Positions 28,653-38,819 of a stretch of DNA of 64,000 bases are shown here, in pieces. Both the position numbers and the translations under genes were made by a program. The notes under the pieces are model-generated. The model ran no database searches, had not been told where the DNA came from, and was given only the letters and a program-made list of their open reading frames with translations. How positions within the stretch are numbered: the first letter of the stretch is position 1; each line of letters begins with the position of its first letter. This stretch comes from an uncultured Bacteroidota bacterium. GTDB taxonomy: Bacteria; Bacteroidota; Ignavibacteria; UBA10030; UBA6906. Location of the stretch: positions 416,001-480,000 of the forward strand of contig CAVOYH010000004.1 in NCBI GenBank assembly GCA_963700635.1, written 5' to 3'.

Positions 28653-30149
28653 ATGCAGATCATTGTTTCCCGTCTCCTTGTCCTCATCCTCCTCATCACG
28701 CCCTATCTCTCCGCCCAACCGCCATCCCCCCCCGCGGTGAAGGTGGGGGTGTTCGGGATCGGCCTCGATACCTACTGGGGACAGTTTGAAGGTCTCCGTG
28801 ACCGGCTCGAAGGATATCTGAACCGTATTGAAACACGACTCTCCACACTCGGGGTTGATGTTGTTTCGGGAGGGCTCGTAGATAATGTCGACAAGGCCCG
28901 GCACACCGCCGCCTTGATGAAATCGCAGGATGTGCGCGTACTATTCCTCTATGTCTCAACGTACGCGCTCTCGTCAACGGTGCTGCCTGTACTGCAGCAG
29001 GCAAATGTGCCGGTGGTCATCCTCAATCTGCAGCCCGAAAAGTCTATCGACTACAAGGCGTTTAATGCGCTGGGTGATCGTGGCAAAATGACCGGGGAGT
29101 GGCTTGCGTACTGTCAGGCTTGTGCGGTGCCGGAAGTGGCGAATATCTGCCTCAAAACAGGGGTACATTTTTCTCTCATAACGGGAACACTTGAGGACCC
29201 GGTCTCCTGGAACGAAATAGCGGAATGGGTGGATGCTGCGAGGGTGGCGGGGATAATGCGGGACAACCGTCTTGGTATCCTCGGTCACTACTACAATGGA
29301 ATGCTGGATGTGTATGCCGATGTCGCGCTGCAATCTGTGGTCTTTGGCACACACGTTGAACATCTTGAGATTGATGCCCTGAAGATGTTTCGGCGCCAGG
29401 TGAGCGAGGAAGAAGTGAAGGCAAAAATCCGCGAGATCCGTCAGTCGTTTACGGTTCTTCCCGAATGTGGGGAGGCTGAAATCGAACGTGCAGCGCGCAC
29501 GGCCTGTGCGTTGGACCGTCTGGTGGCCGACAGGCGTCTCGGCGGGATCGCATACTACTATGAAGGAAGTCCGGGAAGCGAGGAAGAAGATATTGTCACA
29601 TCTCTGATTGTGGGCAACTCACTGCTCACGGCCCGGCACATTCCGGTCGCCGGTGAATGTGAGGTCCGTAATGTGCAGGCAATGAAGATCCTTGATGCGT
29701 TCGGTGCCGGTGGATCGTTCAGCGAGTTTTATCTGATGGATTTTCATGACGATGTGGTCCTTCTGGGTCATGACGGACCCGGCCACATTGGTATCGCTGA
29801 GGGAAAACCTCTCCTCAGGCCCCTCGGGGTGTTTCACGGCAAACCCGGCACGGGGCTCTCTGTTGAAATGAAAGTGAAGCATGGCCCGGTCACCCTTCTG
29901 TCTGTGGTTCAGACGCGGGAGGGAAAACTTAAGCTCCTCGTTGCAGAAGGGGACTGTGTCCCTGGTCCCACCCTGGAAATCGGGAATACCAATAGCCGTT
30001 ACCGGTTCGCATGCGGTGCGCGCGGGTTTGTGGATGCGTGGAGCAAGGAGGGACCGGCCCACCATTGTGCGATCGGGACGGGACATGTCGTTTCACGGCT
30101 TAGAAAATTCGCTGCCCTGGTCAATCTCGAGCTTGTGGAAATTCGCTGA
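28653..30149 (+). CDS. L-fucose/L-arabinose isomerase family protein
   Basis: GIGLDTYW.QFEGL, GHYYNGMLDVY, VAGECEV, GSFSEFY, LGHDGPGH, IGNTNSRY, GPAHHCAIG.GH. Confidence 0.88.
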   Translation: MQIIVSRLLVLILLITPYLSAQPPSPPAVKVGVFGIGLDTYWGQFEGLRDRLEGYLNRIETRLSTLGVDVVSGGLVDNVDKARHTAALMKSQDVRVLFLYVSTYALSSTVLPVLQQANVPVVILNLQPEKSIDYKAFNALGDRGKMTGEWLAYCQACAVPEVANICLKTGVHFSLITGTLEDPVSWNEIAEWVDAARVAGIMRDNRLGILGHYYNGMLDVYADVALQSVVFGTHVEHLEIDALKMFRRQVSEEEVKAKIREIRQSFTVLPECGEAEIERAARTACALDRLVADRRLGGIAYYYEGSPGSEEEDIVTSLIVGNSLLTARHIPVAGECEVRNVQAMKILDAFGAGGSFSEFYLMDFHDDVVLLGHDGPGHIGIAEGKPLLRPLGVFHGKPGTGLSVEMKVKHGPVTLLSVVQTREGKLKLLVAEGDCVPGPTLEIGNTNSRYRFACGARGFVDAWSKEGPAHHCAIGTGHVVSRLRKFAALVNLELVEIR

Positions 30150-30164
30150 CCAGCGTGAAACGTC

Positions 30165-31289
30165 TCAGGTGAGCTGTTTGATGAAGCACCGCCGGCGCTT
30201 ATGCTGGCGTCGCTCGAAGATTTTCCAGTGCGCCTGGACGAGTTTGTTCTCTTCGAGTTCAACGTTGGATTCCGCGGAGACAATTCCGGTCCGGATAACC
30301 GATTCGCCCAGCGCGGTTATCAGGAGGGCGTCTGCTCCCTTACCCTGCAGGTCTCTCCGGATTGCACCGAGGTACAGGTCAACATAGCGTGGCCTCTTCA
30401 TGGCAAGCAGAAGGTGGATGAAACCGAAGGGAAGAATCCGGCCGTTTGCCTTTTGAAGCGCGCGCGAAAAAGAAGGCATCCCGATGACGAATCCGGCAAC
30501 CCGATCCTCTGCGTCAACAAGGACCTTCGTGTACTCCGGAGAAACATTCGGGATATAGAGTTTCACATAATAGTCGATTTCCTTGGGCGTCAGTGGCACA
30601 AAGCCATACAACCCGGTATACGTGTCATTGATAATCTCAAATATCTGGTGGGCATACGGGAGGAAGTCCTTGGCTTTGCGCGCTGCCAGGACGCGCACGC
30701 CGCGCCGGTCTGCCGTGATCGCCGCGATGCGGAGTGCTTTCTCCGGAATCTCGTCGGGAACGGTGATCTGGTATTCGAGCCAATCCACATCCTTCACGTA
30801 ACCGCGGGCTTCCATATGTTTGGGGTAGTACGGGTAATTGTAGAGCGTCGCCATCGTGCCCAATTCCTGAAACCCTTCTACAAGCATCCCCTCACGGTCC
30901 ATATCCGAAAATCCGAGCGGTCCATGGAGCGCGGTCATACCCTCGGCCCGGGCCCACTGTTCCACCGTCTCGAGCAGCGCGGCGAATACTTCTTCATCGT
31001 CGATAAAGTCAAGCCAGCCAAAGCGGCCGGTGGTTTTGCCCCAGAGTTTTACGTAGGAATGGTTGATAATGCCCGCAACCCGTCCCACGGTTTTCCCGTT
31101 CCGCTCAGCAAGCCAGTATCGTGCCGTGCAATGCTCAAACGCAGGGTTCTTGTCCCGCCGCAGGGTATTCCGCTCATCAAATATAAGCGGAGGGATCCAG
31201 AAGGGATTCTTCCGGTAGAGCGAAAACGGGAAAGTGATGAAGGCGTGCAGCTGCTGGCGCGTGGTGACTTCACGTATATGTACGGGCAT
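30165..31289 (-). CDS. GNAT-fold N-acetyltransferase (YghO-like)
   Basis: WIPPLI, NPAFEH, VGRVAGIIN, GRFGW, GPLGFSD, GMLVEGF, YNYPYY. Confidence 0.8.
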   Translation of the reverse strand: MPVHIREVTTRQQLHAFITFPFSLYRKNPFWIPPLIFDERNTLRRDKNPAFEHCTARYWLAERNGKTVGRVAGIINHSYVKLWGKTTGRFGWLDFIDDEEVFAALLETVEQWARAEGMTALHGPLGFSDMDREGMLVEGFQELGTMATLYNYPYYPKHMEARGYVKDVDWLEYQITVPDEIPEKALRIAAITADRRGVRVLAARKAKDFLPYAHQIFEIINDTYTGLYGFVPLTPKEIDYYVKLYIPNVSPEYTKVLVDAEDRVAGFVIGMPSFSRALQKANGRILPFGFIHLLLAMKRPRYVDLYLGAIRRDLQGKGADALLITALGESVIRTGIVSAESNVELEENKLVQAHWKIFERRQHKRRRCFIKQLT

Positions 31290-31448
31290 AGGAAAGGCCT
31301 TTGGAGAATGAGCTGTAACCGAGGAAAACAAGAGCCATTACAGTCATACTAATATAGCGATTGAAATTACGGAGTGCAATGTCCCCCGTTGTTCGCATAC
31401 CGGATCGCGGTCGGGGGATTCTTCCTTCTGCGAATCTGTCGTCTGGTA

Positions 31449-31477
31449 TTGACAAATCGAACTTGCACACGTATCTT
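31449..31477 (+). promoter_or_regulatory. Putative sigma70 promoter for the PAS kinase
   Basis: TTGACA-17 nt-TATCTT. Confidence 0.6.
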
Positions 31478-31570
31478 CTCAACCAGACCGCGTCTGCCCA
31501 CGTCCCAGTCATCAGATCGCCGGCACCACACAGAGATCTTCCCGGAGGGAGGAATCACCCGACCGACAGA

Positions 31571-33634
31571 ATGTCAACCAAGGCCTCCCAAATAGCGCTG
31601 CAAACGGGCATATTCTCCCTTCTGCTCGGCATAGTCTGGTTATTTGCCGGGGAATCTCTCATGCAGATTGTCCTTCCCGGGGACAGCGACTCCGGCGCAC
31701 GGTCGAGGGAGTGGGATCTGCTGGGCGTTCTGCTTTTTACGATACTTCTTACCGGGATGGTGTATATCCTGATTCGGCTTCACACCAGGCCCGACGGTGC
31801 CCCGGTGTGGGGCAGGTCCCGGCCTTCAACCCAATCGTTCCGATTCCAATCTCTCGCGGAATCCACAGCCGATGTGCTCTGGGTTGTCGATGCGGAGACG
31901 CTCCATTTTCTGTATGTGAGCAGTTCCGTCGCGACTCTACGCGGGTTCTCTGCTGCGGAAGTCCTCACACAGAATCTTTCCGCCGCGCTCACCCGTGATT
32001 CGTTCGGCCGTCTGCTGGAGGTAATGCAGGAAAGAATAAGCGCGTTCCAGGCCGGAAGTATCCAGACCTACGTCGATGATCTCGAACAGACCACCCGCAA
32101 CGGCGGAACCGTGTGGACACGCACCTGGACACGCTTCCTGATGAACGAGATCACGGAGAGGCTGGAGATTTGCGGAGTGTCCCGTGATCGGACCCTCCAA
32201 CGCCAGGACGATGCCATTAAGCGGGAGGGTGATGCACGACTGGATCTGATTCACCGCTGTGCCCATCTGGGCTTCATCGATATCGACTCCACCACGCTGG
32301 ACGTGTTCTGGTCTGACGAGACGTTCCGTCTGCTGGGATATCCTCCCCAGGCATTCAAACCGACGCACCGTAATTTTTTTGAACGCGTTCATCCTGACGA
32401 TGTGCAGATGGTGCAGGAAGGGATCTCCGCGCTCCTTATGGAAAACGCGATCTCTGACTCCGAATATCGAATCGTCCGGCCCGATGGAGAGATACGGTGG
32501 ATGTACGGGAGAAGCGACCTGGTGAAAGACGATAGCGGGTCACCATTACGATATATCACCATACTGTTTGATATCACTGCGCGGAAGCGGGTGGAGGAGG
32601 CGTTAAGTGTGAATGAACTCCGCTTCCGTGGTATGACGGAACAACTCGCCGATATGCTCTTTGTGACAGATGGGGCAGGAATTATCACTTACGTCTCGCC
32701 GGCGTGCGAGCGTCTGTTCGGAAAAACCCCCGACCAGGTGATCGGATCGGCTTTTATAGAGTTCCTGCCCGAAGACGAGAGGATACCCGTCTCCAACCTG
32801 TTCCGGTCAACGGCAGACCGCGACAATCCGGCACACCAGATGGATCTCGTGTTCCGGCATGCGGATGGAACGCTTTTCACGGGGGAACTAAGCGCGTCGG
32901 TACTTGTGAAAGGTGGTTCGGTCAATGGCATGATCGGTCTGGTCCGTGATGTTACCGAACGGAAACGCCATGACCAGCAGCTTAAGGCGTCACTCCGGGA
33001 AAAAGAAGTCCTGTTGAAAGAGATCCATCACCGCGTGAAGAACAATTTGCAGATTATCTCCAGCTTGATCAGCCTGCAGGCGAGCAGGGTCAAAGATGAG
33101 GAATCGAGGATGCTTTTCGACGAAAGCCGTTCGCGCATCCGCGCGCTGGCCCTTGTACACGAGCGCCTGTATTGGTCGGAAAGTCTGGCAAGCATCGACT
33201 TCAAGGAATACCTGAAAGGCGTCATTCAAGACCTTGTCCACTCCTCCGGGAATGAACATATTACCATCAACCTTGACGCGGAAATGGTGTCACTCGACAT
33301 CGATCAGGCGATTCCCTGCGGTCTCATCGTGCACGAACTCTGCACCAATGCTCTCAAGCATGCGTTTCGGGACAGACCCGGGGGCACGATATCCGTGTCA
33401 CTCCGTCAATACGCCGGTGGCACCGTTCTCCTTTCTGTGCAGGATGACGGGATCGGCCTTCCTACCGGACTTGATGTGTTTCGGGAGAGTTCGATGGGAA
33501 TGACCCTGGTGACCTCGCTGGTCGATCAGATCGGCGGGTCGCTTTCGGTAGACTGCACCGGCGGCACCGCTTTTACCGTCACCTTCCATCCGCAGGCACG
33601 TACGGAACCGGTCTCGAGTGCGACCCCGGTTTGA
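31571..33634 (+). CDS. Membrane-anchored multi-PAS sensor histidine kinase (HisKA_2 type)
   Basis: Two TM segments, three PAS/PAC domains, EIHHRVKNNLQ, ELCTNALKHA, DDGIG. Confidence 0.9.
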   Translation: MSTKASQIALQTGIFSLLLGIVWLFAGESLMQIVLPGDSDSGARSREWDLLGVLLFTILLTGMVYILIRLHTRPDGAPVWGRSRPSTQSFRFQSLAESTADVLWVVDAETLHFLYVSSSVATLRGFSAAEVLTQNLSAALTRDSFGRLLEVMQERISAFQAGSIQTYVDDLEQTTRNGGTVWTRTWTRFLMNEITERLEICGVSRDRTLQRQDDAIKREGDARLDLIHRCAHLGFIDIDSTTLDVFWSDETFRLLGYPPQAFKPTHRNFFERVHPDDVQMVQEGISALLMENAISDSEYRIVRPDGEIRWMYGRSDLVKDDSGSPLRYITILFDITARKRVEEALSVNELRFRGMTEQLADMLFVTDGAGIITYVSPACERLFGKTPDQVIGSAFIEFLPEDERIPVSNLFRSTADRDNPAHQMDLVFRHADGTLFTGELSASVLVKGGSVNGMIGLVRDVTERKRHDQQLKASLREKEVLLKEIHHRVKNNLQIISSLISLQASRVKDEESRMLFDESRSRIRALALVHERLYWSESLASIDFKEYLKGVIQDLVHSSGNEHITINLDAEMVSLDIDQAIPCGLIVHELCTNALKHAFRDRPGGTISVSLRQYAGGTVLLSVQDDGIGLPTGLDVFRESSMGMTLVTSLVDQIGGSLSVDCTGGTAFTVTFHPQARTEPVSSATPV

Positions 33635-33659
33635 CCCCCCTTCACTTTTTTCGTATTTT
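33631..33659 (+). promoter_or_regulatory. Putative sigma70 promoter for glnS
   Basis: TTGACC-17 nt-TATTTT. Confidence 0.55.
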
Positions 33660-33691
33660 AAGAAGTTGACCATGTTATCACCAGGAACCCC

Positions 33692-35374
33692 ATGTCTCTG
33701 ACCGAAAAGACCGATTTTATACGCGATATCATCGCAGAAGATCTCCATTCCAACAAATATCAGGGGCGCGTCCATACGCGTTTTCCCCCGGAACCGAATG
33801 GATACCTTCATATCGGGCATGCGAAATCGATAAATCTAAACTACGGCATTGCCAGGGAGAATCCGGGCGGAATCTGCAACCTGCGCTTCGACGACACAAA
33901 TCCTGAAAAGGAAGAGCAGGAGTACGTGGATTCTATCATTGCCGATGTCCGCTGGATTGCCGGGCGTATTGACCCGAAGGTTCTCTATGCCTCGGACTAT
34001 TTCGAGCAGATGTATGCGTGGGCGATTGATCTCGTACAAAAAGGGAAGGCCTATGTGTGTGACCTGAACGCCGAAGAGATTCGCGAATCCCGCGGGACGC
34101 TGACGGAGCCCGGCACAGATAGTCCATACAGAACCCGCAGTGTCGAAGAAAATCTTGATCTGCTTTCACGTATGCGCAAAGGCGAATTCCCTGATGGCGC
34201 ACGAACCCTCCGGGCGAAGATCGACATGGCCTCACCGAATATCAATCTTCGCGACCCGATCATGTACCGGATCGTTCACGAGCACCATCACCGTCAGGGG
34301 AGCACGTGGTGCATCTATCCGACGTACGATTGGGCGCATGGACTTGAGGATTCCATCGAAGGTATAACTCACTCCATCTGTACTCTGGAATTCGAGAACC
34401 ACCGGCCTTTGTACGACTGGTTTCTGGACGCACTGGAGATCTACCATCCGCAGCAAATAGAATTTGCAAGGCTCAATCTCAGTTACACCGTGCTCAGTAA
34501 ACGCCGGCTCCTGGAGCTTGTCCAGGGGCACCACGTAACCGGTTGGGATGATCCGCGTATGCCGACCATCGCCGGGTATCGCCGCCGCGGATATACCGCC
34601 GAGGCCATCCGAACATTCTGCGAGAAGATTGGTGTATCAAAAAAGGACAGTATCATCGATGTGGCGCTGCTGGAGTGGAGTATCCGGGAAGATCTGAACA
34701 AGCATGCACAGCGGGTGATGGCCGTTCTTCATCCCCTCAAGGTTGTCATTACAAACTACCCGGAGGGAACCAGCGAAGAACTTCCGGCACTGAACAACCC
34801 GGAAGATGAGAGTGCCGGGACACGGCTCATACCGTTCTCCCGGGAAATGTACATTGACCATGACGACTTCCGCGAGGTTCCTCCCCCAAAATATCACCGA
34901 CTCTCTCCCGGTAAGGAGGTGCGACTGCGCGCCGCGTATATCATCAAGTGTGAAAACGTGGTAAAGGATGCGGCCGGAAAGATTGTTGAGCTGCACTGCA
35001 CGTACGATCCCGAGACGAAGAGCGGAGGTCCGGCGGCCAACCGGAAAGTGAAGGGCACAATACACTGGGTCTCCGCCCCGCACGCAGTCGATGGGGAGGT
35101 ACGCCTGTACGACCGTCTTTTTCTCAAGGAAGACCCCAATGAAGACGGGAGTTTTCTTTCAAACCTCAACCCTGATTCGCTGCAGATTCTGTCCGGATGC
35201 AAGCTGGAGCCCATGCTCGGATCAGCGGCGCCAGGAGAGAGATTTCAATTCGAACGTGTGGGATATTTCTGCGTGGATTCCGCACGGACCGATTCGGGGG
35301 CGCCCGTATTCAACCGCACAGTGACGCTCCGGGATACGTGGGCAAAGATTGCACAAAGGGGAGCGGGGGTCTAA
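33692..35374 (+). CDS. glnS: Glutaminyl-tRNA synthetase
   Basis: [76 protein letters not shown]. Confidence 0.98.
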   Translation: MSLTEKTDFIRDIIAEDLHSNKYQGRVHTRFPPEPNGYLHIGHAKSINLNYGIARENPGGICNLRFDDTNPEKEEQEYVDSIIADVRWIAGRIDPKVLYASDYFEQMYAWAIDLVQKGKAYVCDLNAEEIRESRGTLTEPGTDSPYRTRSVEENLDLLSRMRKGEFPDGARTLRAKIDMASPNINLRDPIMYRIVHEHHHRQGSTWCIYPTYDWAHGLEDSIEGITHSICTLEFENHRPLYDWFLDALEIYHPQQIEFARLNLSYTVLSKRRLLELVQGHHVTGWDDPRMPTIAGYRRRGYTAEAIRTFCEKIGVSKKDSIIDVALLEWSIREDLNKHAQRVMAVLHPLKVVITNYPEGTSEELPALNNPEDESAGTRLIPFSREMYIDHDDFREVPPPKYHRLSPGKEVRLRAAYIIKCENVVKDAAGKIVELHCTYDPETKSGGPAANRKVKGTIHWVSAPHAVDGEVRLYDRLFLKEDPNEDGSFLSNLNPDSLQILSGCKLEPMLGSAAPGERFQFERVGYFCVDSARTDSGAPVFNRTVTLRDTWAKIAQRGAGV

Positions 35375-36757
35375 CGCCGGTACCGCGAAATAAACTCCTC
35401 GACTTCCGGGATCCCTCCCTGAAAAATGAGATATCCGTTGCTCGGCTCACGATCGGTAATCTCCCCTGCAACAGGTGTCATCATGATCTCCCTCACCTTC
35501 TCGACAGGTCGTCTGCTTTGGCCGAGTGCCCATCCCAGTTTCATGTACGCGACCTCCGGGAGCATGTTGGCTCCCGGGATAACGCCCAGTTCCATCATGT
35601 CGCGCCCCGTGTCATAGACATACATCTGAACATACCCCCACAACGTCTGAACAGTCATGTACACGGCAATCCCCTTCTGATGGGCCTCTTCGTAAGGAGG
35701 GATAGAGGGGTTTGTTAACATGGCCGAGCCCCGTGCCCGCGATGACGATCCCCCGGTACCCGTTGTCAATCAACGACTCGATAATGTCCGGCTTCATATT
35801 CGGGTAGTAGTACACGATTGAGACTTTTTCCTCGAACGCCGTATTGACGACAACCCGGTGGTCATCCCGCCGCCTCCGGTAGTCCTGGCGAAGCGGGGTG
35901 ATACGGTCCCGGCTGACCATGGCGAGCGGAATATCGCCGATCGTACGAAACGTGGAACGGTAGCTGGAATGCATTTTGCGTACCCGGGTCCCGCGGTGCA
36001 GAAGACCGTACTCATCGGAGGTCGGACCAAACATGCACACCGTAATCTCCGCGATGTCACTTTCCGCGGCAGTTTTCACGCTGTGCATGAGATTCAATGC
36101 CGCATCCGAGGAAGGGCGATCACTCGAGCGTTGTGAGCCGACCATGACGACAGGGACCGGGGAATCCTGGATCATGAAGGAGAGGATGGCCGCCGTATGA
36201 TGCATGGTGTCCGTCCCGTGCCCGATAACAATACCCTGAACCCCTTTTTCGATCTCACGTCCGATGGCCTGTGCTGTACCGATCCATTGTTCAGGCCCCA
36301 TATTCTCACTGAAGACGCCATACAGTTTTTCTGTTTCCAGATTGCAGATGTCGGCGAGTTCCGGCACGGAACCATATAATTCACCGGGCGAAAAGGCGGG
36401 GATAACCGCACCGGTGCGGTAATCCAACCGGCTTGCTATGGTGCCGCCCGTCCCCAGGAGTTTTACGCGCGGTTTCTGCGGGTCGTACGGAAATTCCTTT
36501 TCGGGGATCTTATAGTGGGCCTCCTTGCGTCCGTGGACGCTGATCTGTTGAACACCGGACGCTGCGATGCCGACATTGTATCCGCTTCGGAGTTTCAAGA
36601 CGATGTGGTGGGGATCAGCAGTTTCTGATCTCGGGAGCACAATGCCGACAAATACACCGTTCGCCGTATGGATCTCCACATCGCTCCAGACCTGCGCGCC
36701 ATATGCCTTCAATGTCGAAAGCGCTTCCTCGCGATACCCTCTGAAATCGCCGTTCAT
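35371..36757 (-). CDS. gatD: Archaeal-type Glu-tRNA(Gln) amidotransferase subunit D (asparaginase-like), split by one extra base near 35687; 461 aa if repaired
   Basis: GatD N-terminal domain ([10 protein letters not shown]), [54 protein letters not shown]; after the shift VYDTGRDM and [18 protein letters not shown] overlap with gatE. Confidence 0.93.
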
Positions 36758-38670
36758 GTCCGGTTCTCCATAAGGAGTGCGACAATCAGTTCTGCGACCT
36801 GCGCGCCCTCGACCCTGCCTCGTAGCTTCTGCATCACGCATCCCATCAGGACTGTCGCCGTGTGCTCTGGGTGACGGATGTGTATGCCTGTTATGTGTTC
36901 TTTGCACGACGTGATGACCGAATCCAGCTCGTCACCCGTACATCTGCCCGGGAGTTGTTCCCTGGAAAATGCCCTGCCTTCGGCGATGCCACGGAGGGCG
37001 GGGAGTACACCTTCGCGGGTTAGCACGCCGTCTCTCAACGCACAGAGAAGCTCCTGCATCTGCTCGCGTGTAAATGTTTGGGGACGGCCCAGTGACCGTG
37101 TGACACGTTTGGGAAGCTGGATAAGAATGACGGCGACAGCCGTAGGCCGGAGTCGCCAAGCCGTGACGGCTTCGGCAAAGAGATCTGCGTAGTGTGAAAT
37201 GCTCAATGGACCCACACAATCTTCTGGAATGTGCAGCGAACGGTACCACTGTTCGCGTTCCCAGACCGGTTGGGGGACGTTTGCACGAATACGTGCGAGC
37301 CGTTCGGCCGAGATGCGCAGTGGCGGGAGATCCGTATCAGGGTACATCCGGTTAGGTCCGGGCAGGATACGTTCAAATCCGTTGGTACCATCCCGGAGCG
37401 CCTGCCTGGTTTCGGATGGGACGCCGTGGGTCGCCTCTTGCGCCCGGATGATGATCTCGGCCGCTCCGGCAGGTCCATCCTGTTTGCTGCCCCAGACGAG
37501 GACCAGTGCATCGTCTTCTGCCGCATTGAGTGTGCGTCGCACACTTTGCCATTCGGATGAGGCGAGTGTTTCGCTCGGACTGTCGGAGTGGATAATGTTG
37601 GGCAGTGTTGTAAGGCAGGCAACCACCCGAACACGATCGGAAATTTCCCTGGAGAAATATGTGTCAGTTTGTGTCTGCCACCGCAGGAGATCCCTGAAAC
37701 CAAAAAGCGCGACAGCGTAGACGAACTTGCCCCCCGCGATTGCGTCCCGTATGGGCTGGTAGAGGGTCCGCCGCAGAAGTTTGGTGACGTCTTCCGTGTG
37801 TGAGCGAAATGTTTCCGAGGTAATACCACGGCGGTGCAACTCGTCGCGAAGCCGGAGGAGCTGGACCTGACGCATGGCTTCATGATAGGTCAGAAGGGGG
37901 ATATCCGGGATACGCGGGACACCTTTGATTTCGATCCGCGTTCCGCCTGTCACGCTGACGTTTACGTCCTGTCGCGCGGCCCCGGCACCCGTGCGGACCT
38001 TTCCCGTACTCCGGACCAGCTGCCGGAGGATCTGCGCCACCTCGGCAACTTCAGCCGGCGTGTGCATGTCGGGGGCAGTGACGGTTTCAATCAGCGGCAT
38101 CCCGAGCCGGTCGGTAAGATACGTCCGCCGGTGGCCGACATCGCTGACCTCACGGCAGGCGTCCTCTTCGAGTCCAAGCTGGAGAATGCGGATATGCCGG
38201 TCCTTATAGGGTGTTGAGCCTTCCACCCCCACGATGGTGGTGCGTTGAAACCCGGTGGGGATACTGCCGTCGAGATATTGTTTCCGGGCAATGTGAATCT
38301 CATCAACCATCGTGCATCCGTACAGCATTGCTACTTCGAGGGCGATGTCCAGAGCCTCCGGGTTGAGCTCAAAAGGGGGGGTGTCGTCCATTTCATACGT
38401 GCACACCGTGTCGCGATGAATAAGATAAATGATCTCCTTCTTCGTCTTAAATTCCATCAGGGCCGTGCCGTCATATTCCCCCAATTCCGACAGCGTGGGC
38501 CGCATATGCCGCAAAATCTCCGCGTTACATTCATCGCTGTAGCGTCCGGATGGGCACCGGCAGAACAGCTTCTTTGATGTCAGGAGTTGCTGATGGATTT
38601 CCAGACCGGATTTGAAACCGATGGCCGCATAGTCTGCTTCGGTCATCTCGTGGAACGGCTTGAGAGTCAT
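36754..38670 (-). CDS. gatE: Archaeal-type Glu-tRNA(Gln) amidotransferase subunit E
   Basis: GLEIHQQL, KLFCRC, RPTLSELGEYD, DGSIPTGFQRT, LEEDACR, DRLGMPLIE, RQDVNVSV..G.RIEIKGV, GatE-specific GAD-like insertion (IIHSD...DDALVLVWG), LPGPNRMYPDTDLPP, MG..M..LRG tail. Confidence 0.95.
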   Translation of the reverse strand: MTLKPFHEMTEADYAAIGFKSGLEIHQQLLTSKKLFCRCPSGRYSDECNAEILRHMRPTLSELGEYDGTALMEFKTKKEIIYLIHRDTVCTYEMDDTPPFELNPEALDIALEVAMLYGCTMVDEIHIARKQYLDGSIPTGFQRTTIVGVEGSTPYKDRHIRILQLGLEEDACREVSDVGHRRTYLTDRLGMPLIETVTAPDMHTPAEVAEVAQILRQLVRSTGKVRTGAGAARQDVNVSVTGGTRIEIKGVPRIPDIPLLTYHEAMRQVQLLRLRDELHRRGITSETFRSHTEDVTKLLRRTLYQPIRDAIAGGKFVYAVALFGFRDLLRWQTQTDTYFSREISDRVRVVACLTTLPNIIHSDSPSETLASSEWQSVRRTLNAAEDDALVLVWGSKQDGPAGAAEIIIRAQEATHGVPSETRQALRDGTNGFERILPGPNRMYPDTDLPPLRISAERLARIRANVPQPVWEREQWYRSLHIPEDCVGPLSISHYADLFAEAVTAWRLRPTAVAVILIQLPKRVTRSLGRPQTFTREQMQELLCALRDGVLTREGVLPALRGIAEGRAFSREQLPGRCTGDELDSVITSCKEHITGIHIRHPEHTATVLMGCVMQKLRGRVEGAQVAELIVALLMENRT

Positions 38671-38819
38671 GGGGTGTTTGTCCAGGACAGGCGTAAGGAT
38701 ATTTTCTAAAGGTCCACAAACAAACCAGGAAATGCAACCTCCCCTTGCTAATGCTTCTTTTCGTCCCTAAGTTATTTTGATCCATCACTCATCCCCAGAC
38801 ACTTCGTTGAACCAAGTCC

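Noticed and set aside
30201-31352. 383-aa plus-strand ORF
   Set aside because: Antisense shadow of the GNAT gene with no recognisable motifs; long antisense ORFs are common at this GC content.
31361-31570. Long N-terminal extensions in the ORF track (also for proC, gatD, the GT4s, the deacetylase and DUF134)
   Set aside because: Downstream starts fit domain boundaries, promoter positions and stop/start overlaps better.
36754-38670. Calling the pair ordinary gatB plus L-asparaginase
   Set aside because: The GatE-specific insertion and motifs, the GatD N-terminal domain and SSDRPSSD motif, and the absence of gatA/gatC here all point to GatDE.
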